NCBI RefSeq assembly: GCF_009914755.1
Contig: NC_060926.1
Source: the human T2T-CHM13v2.0 reference genome, Homo sapiens
Reading direction: 5' to 3' (one strand)
DNA: 64,000 nt
Shown one piece after another: positions 16,575-28,435 of the stretch. The notes below the pieces were generated by a model. It was given only the letters and a program-made list of their open reading frames with translations. It did no database searches and was not told the origin of the DNA. Every line of letters starts with the position of its first letter. Positions within the stretch are counted from its first letter, which is position 1. Both the position numbers and the translations under genes were made by a program.

Positions 16575-16666
16575 TCTGGCTCCCAGCACTTCGGGAGGCC
16601 GAGACAGGAGGATTGCTTGAGTCCAGGAGTTAGAGACCAGCCTAGGCAACGTAGTGAGACTTTGTC

Positions 16667-16697
<31 letters not shown>

Positions 16698-16905
16698 GTG
16701 TCTTAAGTTTCACAGTAATAAGTATCACTATTAGTCCCATTTTACAGATAACGAAAGTGAGGAACCAGGCATGGTGACTCATGCCTGTAACACTAGCACT
16801 TTGGGACGTTGAGTCGGGAGGATTGCTTGAGGTCGGGAATTCAAGACCGATCTGGCCAACATAGCGAGACCCTGTCTCTAAAAGAAAAAAAAAAAAGAAA
16901 GAAAA
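16575..16905 (+). mobile_element. Two Alu monomers (about 16575-16697 and 16765-16905)
   Basis: Left-arm/FLAM-like sequences with A tails. Confidence 0.75.
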
Positions 16906-19174
16906 TGAGGTATAATGAGGTAGTAAGTGGTGGATATGAATATTATACATTCTGAGTCCAGAGTTAGTGCCATATTGCCTCCAAAACAGATGTTTGACCC
17001 TGCTTAGCCTTTGTGAATAATACAGTTTCATTTGATTAGTTTTGTTCAAGAGCCGCTCCAGAGTGTTTGTTCTTCAGTAATGTTTATTGGGTTCAGACCT
17101 ATTATTTGTAGGTTAGAAACAGATATTCAGTTAGGAAAGACTTCTTTCAAGACTTGAAGATTATCACAGTCTGAATTATTAGATAGTCCAGTTGTGTTTT
17201 GCACATCAGTAAAATTAAAGCAATGTAGAGAGGAGAGTTATGACATAACATTGCCAAGTTTCTGTTTTGCCAGATGAGAAGACAATTTTACAAGTATAAT
17301 ACTGTCATTATAAATAAAATTATGATGACATAATAAAAGATTTTGACACATGGAAGAAGGATATAACAATGAAAGGATAGTTGGTTGCCTTCAAAATGGT
17401 GGGTGAACAACTTTGTCATTCTCCACTGTTGTTGCTTCCTGCCTATGTGAAAATGCCCCTCATGCTCCTGGACACTAGTGCTTGTTCCACATTTGGAGCC
17501 ACTGTCCTACTGAATGCTGCTAAGTGCTTAGTGTTTCACAAAAGCTTGAGAAAGAAAAAACTCCATGATTCTTTTGTATTTTCAACCTATTTTATGAAAG
17601 TTCTAAAATTCCTTACTTAGAGCCTTTCTGTATAGACTGTAGCTAACAAAATTCATCATTCTCATTTGGGCTTTTTCAGGACTGTTGTTACTTCTTACCT
17701 ACAACTTTTGTAGCACTCTTACTCTAGGCTCTTTACAATTGTATTTTTTTTCTCTTGCAACTAAATACATGGAAAAACCTGTGAACAGGGAAGTCAAAAG
17801 GCTGATAATCGGAACAGTTAAGCAGCATTTTTTTTTTTTTAACCTAAGACTGCTGGATTTGGTTTGGATTGTGTTGGCAAGTGGAGTAATATAGAGAAGG
17901 AAGATTGATTTCTGATTCCCACTTAACCAATTACCCTGAATAACTATTCTGTGGACTCTTATAGTCAGTGTGGTTTAGTGTAGAGAACGCAGGATAAGGG
18001 GATATGGCCTTCAGGCTCTAGCACTGTTGGTTACATAGCTGTGTCATTTTGGGCAAACCACTCAATCCCATTGGCCTGGCATCCTTAGATTAAAACAAAG
18101 AAAGTGAAAAAAGAGGGAATTATGATAATAAGATTTCTTAAAGCTCTACAGACTTATGTAAACAAACATATTTCCACTTCCTACAAAGGATACAAGTTTC
18201 CTATATGATTTCTTTTATTTCTGTATAGTTTGATGTCTGCTCGTATGGTTTAAAAAATTATACTATTGTTACCTGATATTTAAGTCTCATCAGCTGATCC
18301 CAATAGAAAGTGAGGTGGAAGGTTGGGAAGGTTTGCTTCTATTGCTGTGTGTGGGCTGTAAAATATTTGCCCATTTATAAATTATTTGGAGGAAAAATAG
18401 TACCTATTAAAAAATGATAGGCAGCTTCACTGATCATCAGAATTCATTCTACTCATTGGGTTGTAGCACTTAAAAGTATGTATTTTCTGTTGCCATGATA
18501 AAAAATAGTATAGTTCATACTGAGGAGTTAAGATAAAGGCTATAACTAACAAACATTAAATGAAGATGGCATTACTATGTATTTGTTCATGTCTGGTGTA
18601 AATACTTTAAGACTATATTGAAAGTCTTATAATGATTTCTCCTGCCCTCCACAATTAGGGCAAACACTATTGAGTTCTAACCCTGTTATATAAGCTCAGA
18701 GATTCTATTTTAATTTCTCAGTTGCAGAAGTATCTATTAATTTCCGCAATAATTCCATGCTTAAAAATTTACGATTAGGATACTCATCACTTTCTTCTTA
18801 GATTACAGAAGTAAAAACAAAGTGGCTTATTCTTTTGGCATTTGTTTTTTTATGCTCATTTTGGGTTTTTGAAATTCCTTCCAAAAGAAAAAGACTTTTT
18901 TTTTCCTCAAGCCACTGAATTTTTTTTCCTAAGGCCTTTATCCTCTACTGATATATTGTAATAGAAAATTAGTATACATTTAATAAAACAGTTAAGAAAA
19001 TTTCCAGTAATACATTCAATATGGCTGTTATTGCATTTTTAAGATTTAAGGGAAAAGAATATAGAAACCTTACTATCCTACACTATAGATAATGTCTTTG
19101 TTTTAAAAATCTGTTGGAAGTAATCTAGCTCTGTTGCTATTTGCCAGTCAGTTTCTTTCCCTGTTTCCCATAAG

Positions 19175-19240
19175 GAAAGAAGAATGGATATTATTGCATG
19201 TACTCACCAGTTCTTTTGCTGGGTCAGCCTTTATGCCAAG
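19175..19240 (+). CDS. GIGYF2: GIGYF2 alternative 66-nt cassette exon (GKKNGYYCMYSPVLLLGQPLCQ)
   Basis: tttctttccctgtttcccataAG acceptor; AAG|GTAGGT donor; stop-free; phase 1-1, matching the host intron; the peptide matches my recollection of the long GIGYF2 isoform insert. Confidence 0.8.
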
Positions 19241-19330
19241 GTAGGTCTTAAGGAAATTTACAGAGTCTGCCTTTTTGATCAGATAATTTTAATCTACAAG
19301 TCTAGTTTGTAGGTTCTCTTCTTGGACTGG
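19208..19330 (-). other. KCNJ13: KCNJ13 non-coding exon 1 (5' boundary approximate)
   Basis: Consensus CTG|GTGAGT donor at 19208/19207 on the minus strand, downstream of a TATAAA at 19358-19353. Confidence 0.8.
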
Positions 19331-19352
19331 TTTTACAGCTTACATTCCTCTG

Positions 19353-19590
19353 TTTATAATGTTGTGGGGGCTGGTTTCAGCTGAGGTTGATGTGATTGGT
19401 CACTTAGCCTGCAGGGGGGCCAATTAGCTCTGATCATGTGGAAAAGAATGCTGGTTTGTTAGGAGGTCTTTCTTTACCCAACACAAACCTTAACAACTCT
19501 GGAGAAAGCCTCCAGAACTGACTTGGAGAAGGGGTGCATTTTTTCCCTCTAATCAGGACCGGTCTTTAGTAAGTTTGCATAATCTTACTT
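19353..19590 (-). promoter_or_regulatory. KCNJ13 core and proximal promoter
   Basis: TATAAA (19358-19353); GACCAATCAC CCAAT box (core 19399-19395); TCATGTG M-box/E-box (19434-19440); TAATCA and TAATCT homeodomain-type sites near 19550 and 19580. Confidence 0.65.
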
Positions 19591-20714
19591 AAGAGTTTTT
19601 TTGAAAGTTCAAAGGGATAAAATTCCCTGCAAGATTTTTCAGCCGTCTTTCCTTATATAGCATGTTGAAGTGTGAGATATTTCCTTTACTAATCTTTTTT
19701 TTTTTCCACCATGTCTTTGGGGAAGATTTATTTGGATAAGGACTTATAGGCATAAATTAATGCATTGATTTTCTTAGTTTTCTTCTCATGTCTCATCAGA
19801 ATGGCTACCATTAGTTCCAGAACTAGTAATATAGATAATTACGTGAAATCTTTTATTTTTTTGGTTAGGAAACAAACTTTTTTTTTTTAAAGGCTGTATA
19901 CAAAGACCTTGAATAGGAATAAAATTAATTGTTCTGTACCTGATACTTTAAAAAATGCACACCTGTGGGAAAGAACCGAAGAATTTTCTTAAGGCTTATT
20001 TTAATGATGTTTAGAAGATGTTTTCCTGATCAGTGTGATGAAGTATAGTGTTAATAAAACATAGTGTACAGTGTACAGAAAATGTAACACAACATTGAAA
20101 TAGTGTTTAGCTGGAAAATGTGATCCAGCTTGTTGGAACCCTGAAACGTGCTGTGGTATGGCTTTGTGCAGTGCCTTAGTGAACAGTACTTTTCTCCTCC
20201 TCCGTTAGCTGCTGATTTTAAAACTTTGACCAAATGTCACATGTAAGAGGATCTGAGAAACAAAGACTGTGATTGTTCAAAGTAAAATCTTGGAAGGCCT
20301 GCTGGGAAAATTATTAATGTAGACCAATATAATGCTACTTAGAAAGTGAAATCCGCCTTTGTAGAATCCTCTCCGTCCCCCCCCCGCCCCACAATTTAAA
20401 AAATATATTAATTCCTTCTTTGTTTTATTAGTACCAAATACTTCAACACAAGTTCAGACACAGCATTAGAAACACTGACCTTCAGAACTAGGGAAGGTAA
20501 AGTATAAAGAAGGATTTGTGGTGTGATGCTCATTCCCTGCATGTACTGGTAGGAATTATAATGTGTATCAATTCCCAGCTAACAAATTGCAGAAAAACAG
20601 AACAACACAACAACAAAATACTAGAACAAGTATAGTATAATACTGCTTCTAGAAAGCAGAAGCACTTGAGTGTATCTGTCATGTGTTTTGAATATACATT
20701 GTATATTTTTTATT

Positions 20715-20999
20715 TTCATTTTTTTTAGACATAGAGTCTTGCTGTGTCACCCAGGCTGGAGTGCAGTGGTGTGATCACAGCTCACTGCAGCCTCGACCTC
20801 CCAGGCTCAAGTGATCCTCCCACCTCATCCCCCACCCCCTGCAGTAATGCCACCACATCTGGCTAATTTTTTATTTTTTGTAGAGGCAGGGTCTTGCTGT
20901 GTTGTCTAGGCTGGTCTTGAACTCCTGGGCTCAAGCTGTCCTCTCAATTCAGCCTCCCAAATTCCTGGGATTACAGGCATGAGCCACTTCACCTGGCCT
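20715..20999 (-). mobile_element. AluJ
   Basis: Reverse Alu dimer. Confidence 0.85.
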
Positions 21000-21320
21000 G
21001 AGAATACATATTATAGTAGGCAAGACAGTTAAGGATTTTATTAAACTTAAAAGTCTTTTTCCATAGTATACTTGGTTTCAATATATTGAGACAAAAATGA
21101 TTTGGCAAAATGATCTTCAATTAAGAAAGAAATGTCTTAAGTGAAGCTAATTTCTGGATCTCTACAATTTGAAAGTCTTGCTATGGTCTATAAACAGTGA
21201 TTCCTACTGCTGTGAATATTGTAGACCAGCTCTGAAGTGCCCACTTAGGAGCATAGCTCTCCCATTACAATAGCCTGAGCATTTAAAGTCATTTCTGGTT
21301 GAAGTTACCAGGTTAGCTGG

Positions 21321-21845
21321 TGTAGGGGAGAGAGAAGACCTTCTCTCTTCCTTTTGAAGGTTTGATAATTGAGTCTATAATATAAAGCAACAGTAGGTAG
21401 ACTTAACAGAAGAAAAACAGTTTACATCCTTATGCACAAGAGTCCCACAAAACATGAGACTTGAGGAAGGACCAGATGATTGAAGTTCTTATAGCATTGG
21501 AATAGGGATGTGGAGGTCCTGGGGGAAGGTATTGACAAGCTGTGGGAAAATGAGGGGAGGAAATGTATGATGAACAAAAGTTGTCTAGTTATTGAGATAA
21601 AGTCTTTCAGGTATTGAAAATTAACTTGAGGAAGAACGCTACTAGACCTTTTAATCTCTTATGTGATAAGGTTAATCTTCCCTGATTGATGAAATTCTAG
21701 GGAGGGGACAAAGGAATTTTTTGAGATAAGGGGGCATCAGAGAAGGCCCCTCCCTGTGCTTGCTGTTCCCTAAGTTCTCTCAGTTTGCAGTAATGAGCAT
21801 ACCAAAGCAGTATATTTTGGGGTGGTGTTTCCTGGGGCTCCTTCA
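21321..21845 (-). mobile_element. ERV1 solo LTR (MER34/MER39-like)
   Basis: TG...CA termini; the minus strand begins TGAAGGAGCCCCAGGAAACACCACCCCAAAATATACTGCTTTGG. Confidence 0.6.
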
Positions 21846-23685
21846 CTGAGATGACACGGATATTGGCACAGATGATATGCCACCTTCACCCAGAAACTCA
21901 TGGTCCTTCCCATCTAGACAATTTGTTATTTCTGTTGTAGCTGTTTCACAGTAAGGTAATTGGAGATGGCTCTAAAACATTTCTTCGGTGAATGAACATA
22001 AATGGTAAATACCTGTTCATAGATTGATGGATTGTGTCTCCAAAATTATAATGATTAAATTAAACAAGGTACCAAGACCTGGTTAATTATCCTGTATTAA
22101 ATCTAGTCCTCTGTCCCTAAAGGCATTTGATTTTCTTTCTGACTGAAATAATTCACTATATATCTATAAATGTATCACATTTTTCTTGAGAACAGTAAAA
22201 TCTTCAGTTGGAGTGCGATTTCTGGCCTATGTAAGTAGGTAATCTCACAGCTTTAAAACGTTAGCTCTGGTCTCCATGTTCTTGCTTACATAGTGTACTT
22301 GGCTTTCTTTTGAAGATGCCTAGTCTCTTTCCATTTCCACATGTCCAAGCCAACTACGAATTGCCTTCCCACAGATTTCAGGCAGCCTCTGGGTATGTAC
22401 CAGCAGACAGCTGAGCATGAGGGCTGTAGGGTTGTGGTACATATTCAGATGGCCTGAGGACCTTTTTCAGAGATTCTGATACACTGCAGTTTCTCCAGTC
22501 TCTGCTGTTTTTTCAGGACTCTTGTTAACCAGCTGAGCAGGTTATTTATTCCTCAGGGAGAAAGTCGTAACTCTCTGGGTACAGAAGTTAAACTGCTCTG
22601 TCCTAGCCACCCTGAGTTTTGTTTATAAGTAATTGTAGGGGAGAGGGGTGGTAAATATCAACACTTGAGTGGGATGCCCTTTCACCATTTTCTTTGGTGT
22701 TAGATTTTTTTTTGGTGTTGATCAGATAATATATATCTGAACAGAGTAATACAAAGTCACTCCTTAAAAAATTTGCACATAAACAAGCTTCAAAGTCTGT
22801 CCCATAATTCCACTTTTGCTTGTGGAGCTTGTGGAGATTGGGCACTTGTAAGCTCCAAGTCTCACAGCTGTAGATTTTGTTGGCTGAGTGCCTCTTTGCT
22901 CCATCTGAAGTTTTCCATAAACACTATTTTTGGCCGTGGGTCAAACATGCACACAGGTGCCCTTTTACTGCTCTTTCTCCTTAGGAAGTCCACTCAGTTA
23001 GACCAGGCAAAAACTAACACTGCATTTTAATTTAATTTAATTTTTAGATGAATCCTATTTGGACTTAATAAACTAAGATTGAAACAACCAAGTATTTATT
23101 GCCACTGGGGAAATTGTATATGTAGTACGTATGTATTTTAGCACCTTTACATAATTTGCTTTTAACGTAAGGACATAAAATATATCGTTTTCCTCATAGT
23201 CATGTTTGCTATATTGAATGGAAAAAAATACATTTAAAATTTGTGTTTCTTTGCCTTTTGAGGGTCACAGACACCTTTAAAATTCTGACGAAAGCTGTAG
23301 ACCCTTTTCCCTGAAAGAAGAAGAAAGCATGCCAGCACAAAGTGCATGTCCAGTGCAAGGATTCACAGCCCTGAGCTCATTCATTGACTGTAGATTAAGA
23401 ATATTTGGTTCAGGCATGAGTTTGTAAATAATTCAATAAGGTTTACTTTAAAATCATCTTGTTTGTAAATCTGTTAAGATTTTAAAAGTAAGTCAACTGA
23501 AATACAGTATTTGGTTAGTCAACTTTGTCATGGTGCTGACGTTACAGAAGGAGGAAGCCTTTGATTTTGAATGCTGAGAAGGGCCATGTAACTGTCTCTC
23601 ACTCATTTTAGTCTCCGTTGCTATGAATTGTTGGAATTTTTAGACGTGAAGGGAACTTAGATGTCATCTTCTAAACTGCCCATGA

Positions 23686-24021
<336 letters not shown>

Positions 24022-24048
24022 TGTTATTTATTTTAAATTATATCAGGA

Positions 24049-24050
<2 letters not shown>

Positions 24051-24086
<36 letters not shown>
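24051..24086. repeat. (AC)n microsatellite
   Basis: About 18 AC units. Confidence 0.95.
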
Positions 24087-24088
<2 letters not shown>

Positions 24089-25129
24089 TATAAAGATAAT
24101 GGTCTCCTTGGCACTCCCACCCACCCACCCATCCAAATTTACACAAGTAAATCTGTAATCAATTTGGTTAGAAGGGATTTATTTTAATATTTTTGGGGAT
24201 TGCTTAGATGCAGTATAATTTTTAGTTATATTAGTAGTAATTGGAAATGTGTATTTTTGTGACTGAAGTCACCTTCTAAATAATTTCTAGAATAAAATTT
24301 TTATATTGAAGAAGTTGGTCTTAACCATTTTTTTTTCAGGAGCATGCATTTTGAAATCATTCTGTGGGAAGATGAAAACAAATTTAGTTCTATGTCTCCC
24401 CTTTTTAGAGATGTTGACACTTTCCTTAAATGTACCATGCATGATTTGTCTACCACCCTTTTAGCTTGTTATACTTAAATCCCAGATCTCTGTCTTCCCA
24501 TTTCAGTTTCTCTAGAATTTCTGGCTGCTTCCAATGGGTCAAATTTATGAGTGAACCATTAAGAATCACTTAGTGTAGAAATAAACCATGGGTTAGGAGT
24601 TTGAACACTGCCTAGGTTCTGTTTCTGATTTGATTATGACTCAGCTGTGTGGCCTTGGGAAACCACCTTACTGGTATCCCTATCCTTGCAGAAGCAAGAG
24701 AGTTAATGATGGTTGACTTAATCTCTTGTGGTTATTATGAAGATCAGATAAGATACATTAACACATTTTGCCAACTGAATAAGGTTATTTATTTACATGT
24801 GTGTCCATGGACCTGGGGATCAGGTGCTATGTCTCAGCCTTATCTTTGTTTTTAATCCTGTGTCTCTAATTGTGTTTGTCAGTAAAGGAGTGAGTCATTT
24901 AATGGTTGCTAGATGTTTGAGTAAAACAAACAAGCAAACAAATGGTAAATTAGTACTATTTCTTTTTAAAAAATTTTTTTTTACATTTTAAAAATTATAG
25001 ATAAATACAGAGATGAGGTCTCACCATGTTGCCCAGTCTGGTTTCAAACTCCTAAACTCAAGTGATCCTCTCTCCTCAGCCTCCCAAAGTGCTAGGATTA
25101 CAGGCGTGAGCCACCATGCCTGGCCAGTA

Positions 25130-25760
25130 GTACTATTTCTTTGGGAAAATATTTAGTAGTAGTCAACAAAGTTGAGCATACTGTGACCTGGCAGTTTTGA
25201 TGCTAAGTATATACCCAACAGAAATGCAAACATATACTTACCAAAACTCATGTCCAAGAATATTCGTAGAAGCACAATTCTTATGATAGCAAAAAGGTAG
25301 AAAACAACCTAAATGTTTCTAAGCAGTAGCATAAGAGTAATACCGTGTGGTTTGTTTATACAGTGAGATCCTGTACAGCCATGTAAAAGACCAAAATATT
25401 CCCTGTAACAATGAGAATGAATCTCCTGTGCTTGCTTCGGCAGCACATACACTAAAATTGGAACGATACAGAGATTAGCATGGCCCCTGTGCAAGGAGAA
25501 TGAATCTTCGTAATGTTCAGCAAAAGAAGCCAGATATAAATGAATATTCCATTTTATAAAAAAGTTTAAAAGCAGGCAAAGCTAATATTTGGGGCTAGAA
25601 ATTAGGATAGTGTTTATCTTGGGAAGGGCTGATTGGGAGGACGCATGAAGATTTTTGAGGCTCCTTAAAATCTTTTTTTAAAAATCTAGGTGGTAGTTAA
25701 ATTATATGTATTTGCTTTATGAAAACTGTCAGTTGTACATTTGTGATTAGTGTACTTTTA
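25130..25760 (+). mobile_element. Old L1M 3'-end fragment (host of the U6 copy)
   Basis: Degenerate L1 3' motifs (ATATACCCAACAGAAATG, CCTAAATGT, ATTCCATTTTATA). Confidence 0.6.
25428..25497 (+). pseudogene. 3'-truncated U6 snRNA retropseudogene
   Basis: GTGCTTGCTTCGGCAGCACATACACTAAAATTGGAACGATACAGAGATTAGCATGGCCCCTGTGCAAGGA matches U6 nt 1 to about 73, with 3 substitutions and a 3-nt deletion; flanked by the direct repeat GAGAATGAATCT. Confidence 0.93.
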
Positions 25761-26446
25761 AAAAATGTTTTCTTAAAGAGGTGGGGAGATGAGTGAAGTC
25801 CATTTTAAAAGTTCTTGAGGTCTTTTCACCCTTATGAAAATGAGCACGGCCTCTGGAGGCAGAACTTATATGGCTTGATGAAAAATGTGGCTGTACTAAC
25901 AAAAGAGAGACAAATTTAAAACAACCTTGTGATTCTCAAACTGTTGGAAAACCTGTAGCTCATAAAGTTTGAATGACCAATTCTGCATGCTTTGTTCCAA
26001 AAAGGATTTGAGGCAGAAAATTTGAAGATAAAGAGGAAAGCAACACCAAAGAAAGAATGATGAGATTTGGAGTCATTAGACCTGGTTTCAGATTCTGGTT
26101 CCAATTATTTTTTGTTTTGTTTATTATTTTTCTTATTTTGTTTATTTATTTTTTAATTATTTTGTTTTTTATTTTTTTTGGCTCCAGTTCTTATCTACAC
26201 ACCTTGACTAGTGAAGACCCAGTTCCTCATTTGTGAAAGAGGGGGTTGGAGGTGTTGTGGAGAATGAAGTAGCCTGAATTTACAAGAATACTAGTTCCAA
26301 ACCATTCTACATGAATATTGGTTCAAGCCATTTTGAACAATACTTGTTCAGAAATTTCTATAAAGGAGCTTAAATTTTGTTACTAAGTGATTATTTACAC
26401 AAAATAATTTCTTTTTTTTTGTTTGTTTACTAAGTCAGATCTAGGT

Positions 26447-26750
26447 GTTTTTTTGTTTGTTTGTTTGAGATGGAGTTTAGCTCTTGTTGTCCAGGCTGGA
26501 GTGCAATGGTGCGATCTTGGCTCACCGCAACCTCTGCCACCCGCTTCAAGTGATTCTCCTGCCTCAGCCTCCCGAGTAGCTGGGATTGCAGGCATGCGCC
26601 ACCATGCCCAGCTAATTTTTTTTGTATTTTAGTAGAGACGGGGTTTCTCCATGTTGGTTAGGCTGGTCTCGAACTTCTGACCTCAGGTGATCCGCCCGCC
26701 TCGGCCTCCCAAAGTGCAGGGATTACAGGCGTGAGCCACCACGCCCAGCC
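26447..26750 (-). mobile_element. AluS
   Basis: Reverse Alu dimer; TSD TCAGATCTAG. Confidence 0.9.
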
Positions 26751-26984
26751 TCAGATCTAGTTTTTTACTTGTAGTATCAATAAAATTTACTTACGTACCA
26801 GTAACAATTACATACAAGGATCAAAAATTTAGCTCCCTGAAATTCAGCATCCCTGAAATTAAATGGATAGGATTTTCTCATAACATGATCACATTTTTAA
26901 AAAGCCTGTTTAGGGCAACAGTTGGAAATAAGTGATGAAGAAACTGAATAAATTATACAGAAGTGCCCTTCTACATAATTTACT

Positions 26985-27438
26985 AAGAGGTCAAGGCAGA
27001 AGGATCACTTGAGGCCAGAAGTTCAAGACCAACCTAAACAACATAGCAAGACCCCCATCTCTGCAAAAATTAAATAAAATGAAATTTTAAATTTAGCTGA
27101 GTGTGGTGGCATGTGCCTGAGGTTCTAGCTACTTACACGAAATAATTTCTTTTTTTTTTTTTTTTTTTTTGAGACGGAGTCTTGCTCTGTCACCCAGGCT
27201 GGAGAGCAGTGGCGTGATCTGGGCTCACTGCAAGCTCCACCTCCCAGGTTCATGCCATTCTCCTGCCTCAGCCTCCTGAGTAGCTTGGGACTACAGGCGC
27301 CCGCCACCGCGCCCGGCTAATTTTTTCTATTTTTAGTAGAGATGGGGTTTCATCGTGTTAGCTTGATCTGACCTCGTGATCTGCCCGCCTTAGCCTCCCA
27401 AAGTGCTGGGATTACAGGTGTGAGCCACCGCGCCTGGC
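26985..27438. mobile_element. Partial AluJ (+, about 26985-27130) next to an AluY (-, about 27150-27438)
   Basis: Alu consensus; the AluY is flanked by AAATAATTT repeats. Confidence 0.85.
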
Positions 27439-27538
27439 CACAAAATAATTTATAAAAGCTGCAATATGGTTTTTGATATATCAGATATTACATAATAACT
27501 ACAATAGATTTAGATTATGACTTCTCTGGTAAACCAAG

Positions 27539-27921
27539 TGATATAGTTTGGATGTTTGTCCCCTCCAGATCACATGTTGAAATGTGATCGCCAGTGTTGG
27601 AGGTGGGGCCTGGTGGGAGGTGTTTGGGTCATGAGGGTGGATCCCTCATCCCCTCCCCACTGTAATGAGTTCAAGAGTCTGGGATCTCTGTCATCTTTCT
27701 TGCTCCCTCTCTCACCATGTGACATACTTGCTCTCACTTCACCTTCCACAATGAGTAACAGCTTCCTGAGGTCTCACTGGAAGCCAGACAGATGCTGGTG
27801 CCATGCTTGTATAGTCTGCAGAACCACGAGCCAAATAAACAACTTCTTCTTCTTTTTTTTTTTTTAATAAATTACCCAGCCTCAGGTATTCCTTTATAGC
27901 CATGCAAAATGGACTAATAAA
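27539..27921 (+). mobile_element. MST (MaLR) solo LTR
   Basis: TGATATAGTTTGGATGTTTGTCCCC ... AATAAATTACCCAGCCTCAGGTATTCCTTTATAGC; 5-bp TSD CCAAG. Confidence 0.85.
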
Positions 27922-27994
27922 CCAAGGAAAGCCAGAATATAGTTCTGACATTCCAGACACGTCCTGCAGGTAAGAGCAAGGTCATAGATAATAA

Positions 27995-28435
27995 AACCCT
28001 TGCTTGGTGGTTCAAAACAGCAAACATTTATTATCTCAGTTTCTGTGGGTTGGGAATCTAGAAGCAGCTTAGCCTAGCTGGGTGGTTCTGGCCCAGGGTT
28101 CTTGTAAGGCTGCACTCAAGGTGTCAGCCCATGCTGCAGTCTCTCAAAGCTCAACTGGGGTTTGATCCACTTCCAGACTCACTCATGTTTCTGGTGGTAA
28201 GTCTCAGTTCTTTGCCATGCAAGCTTCTCCACGAGGTCTGTGTCACTACATGGCAACTAGTGTCCTTCAGAGAAAGTGTCCAAGATGGAAACTACAGTCT
28301 TCTTTAATATTTTAAGTGGCATCTCATCACTTCAGCTGCATTCTGTTAGTCCAGCTTATAATTGGGGGTAGAGGATTCCACAGAGATCAGCAGTCAGGGA
28401 TTGTTGGTGAGCTCTTAGAGGCTGTCCACCACAAT
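27995..28435 (-). mobile_element. MLT1 (MaLR) LTR fragment
   Basis: ACATTTATTATCTCAGTTTCTGTGGGT...GCTGGGTGGTTCTGG is typical of reverse MLT1. Confidence 0.65.

Noticed and set aside
17643-17679. Plus-strand branch point (CTAAC) and CTTTTTCAG acceptor in the large GIGYF2 intron
   Set aside because: I found no convincing downstream donor on +, so no exon can be supported.
25428-25497. Functional U6 snRNA gene
   Set aside because: The 3' third is missing, there is an internal deletion, no upstream PSE/TATA or poly-T terminator is evident, and it has a TSD.
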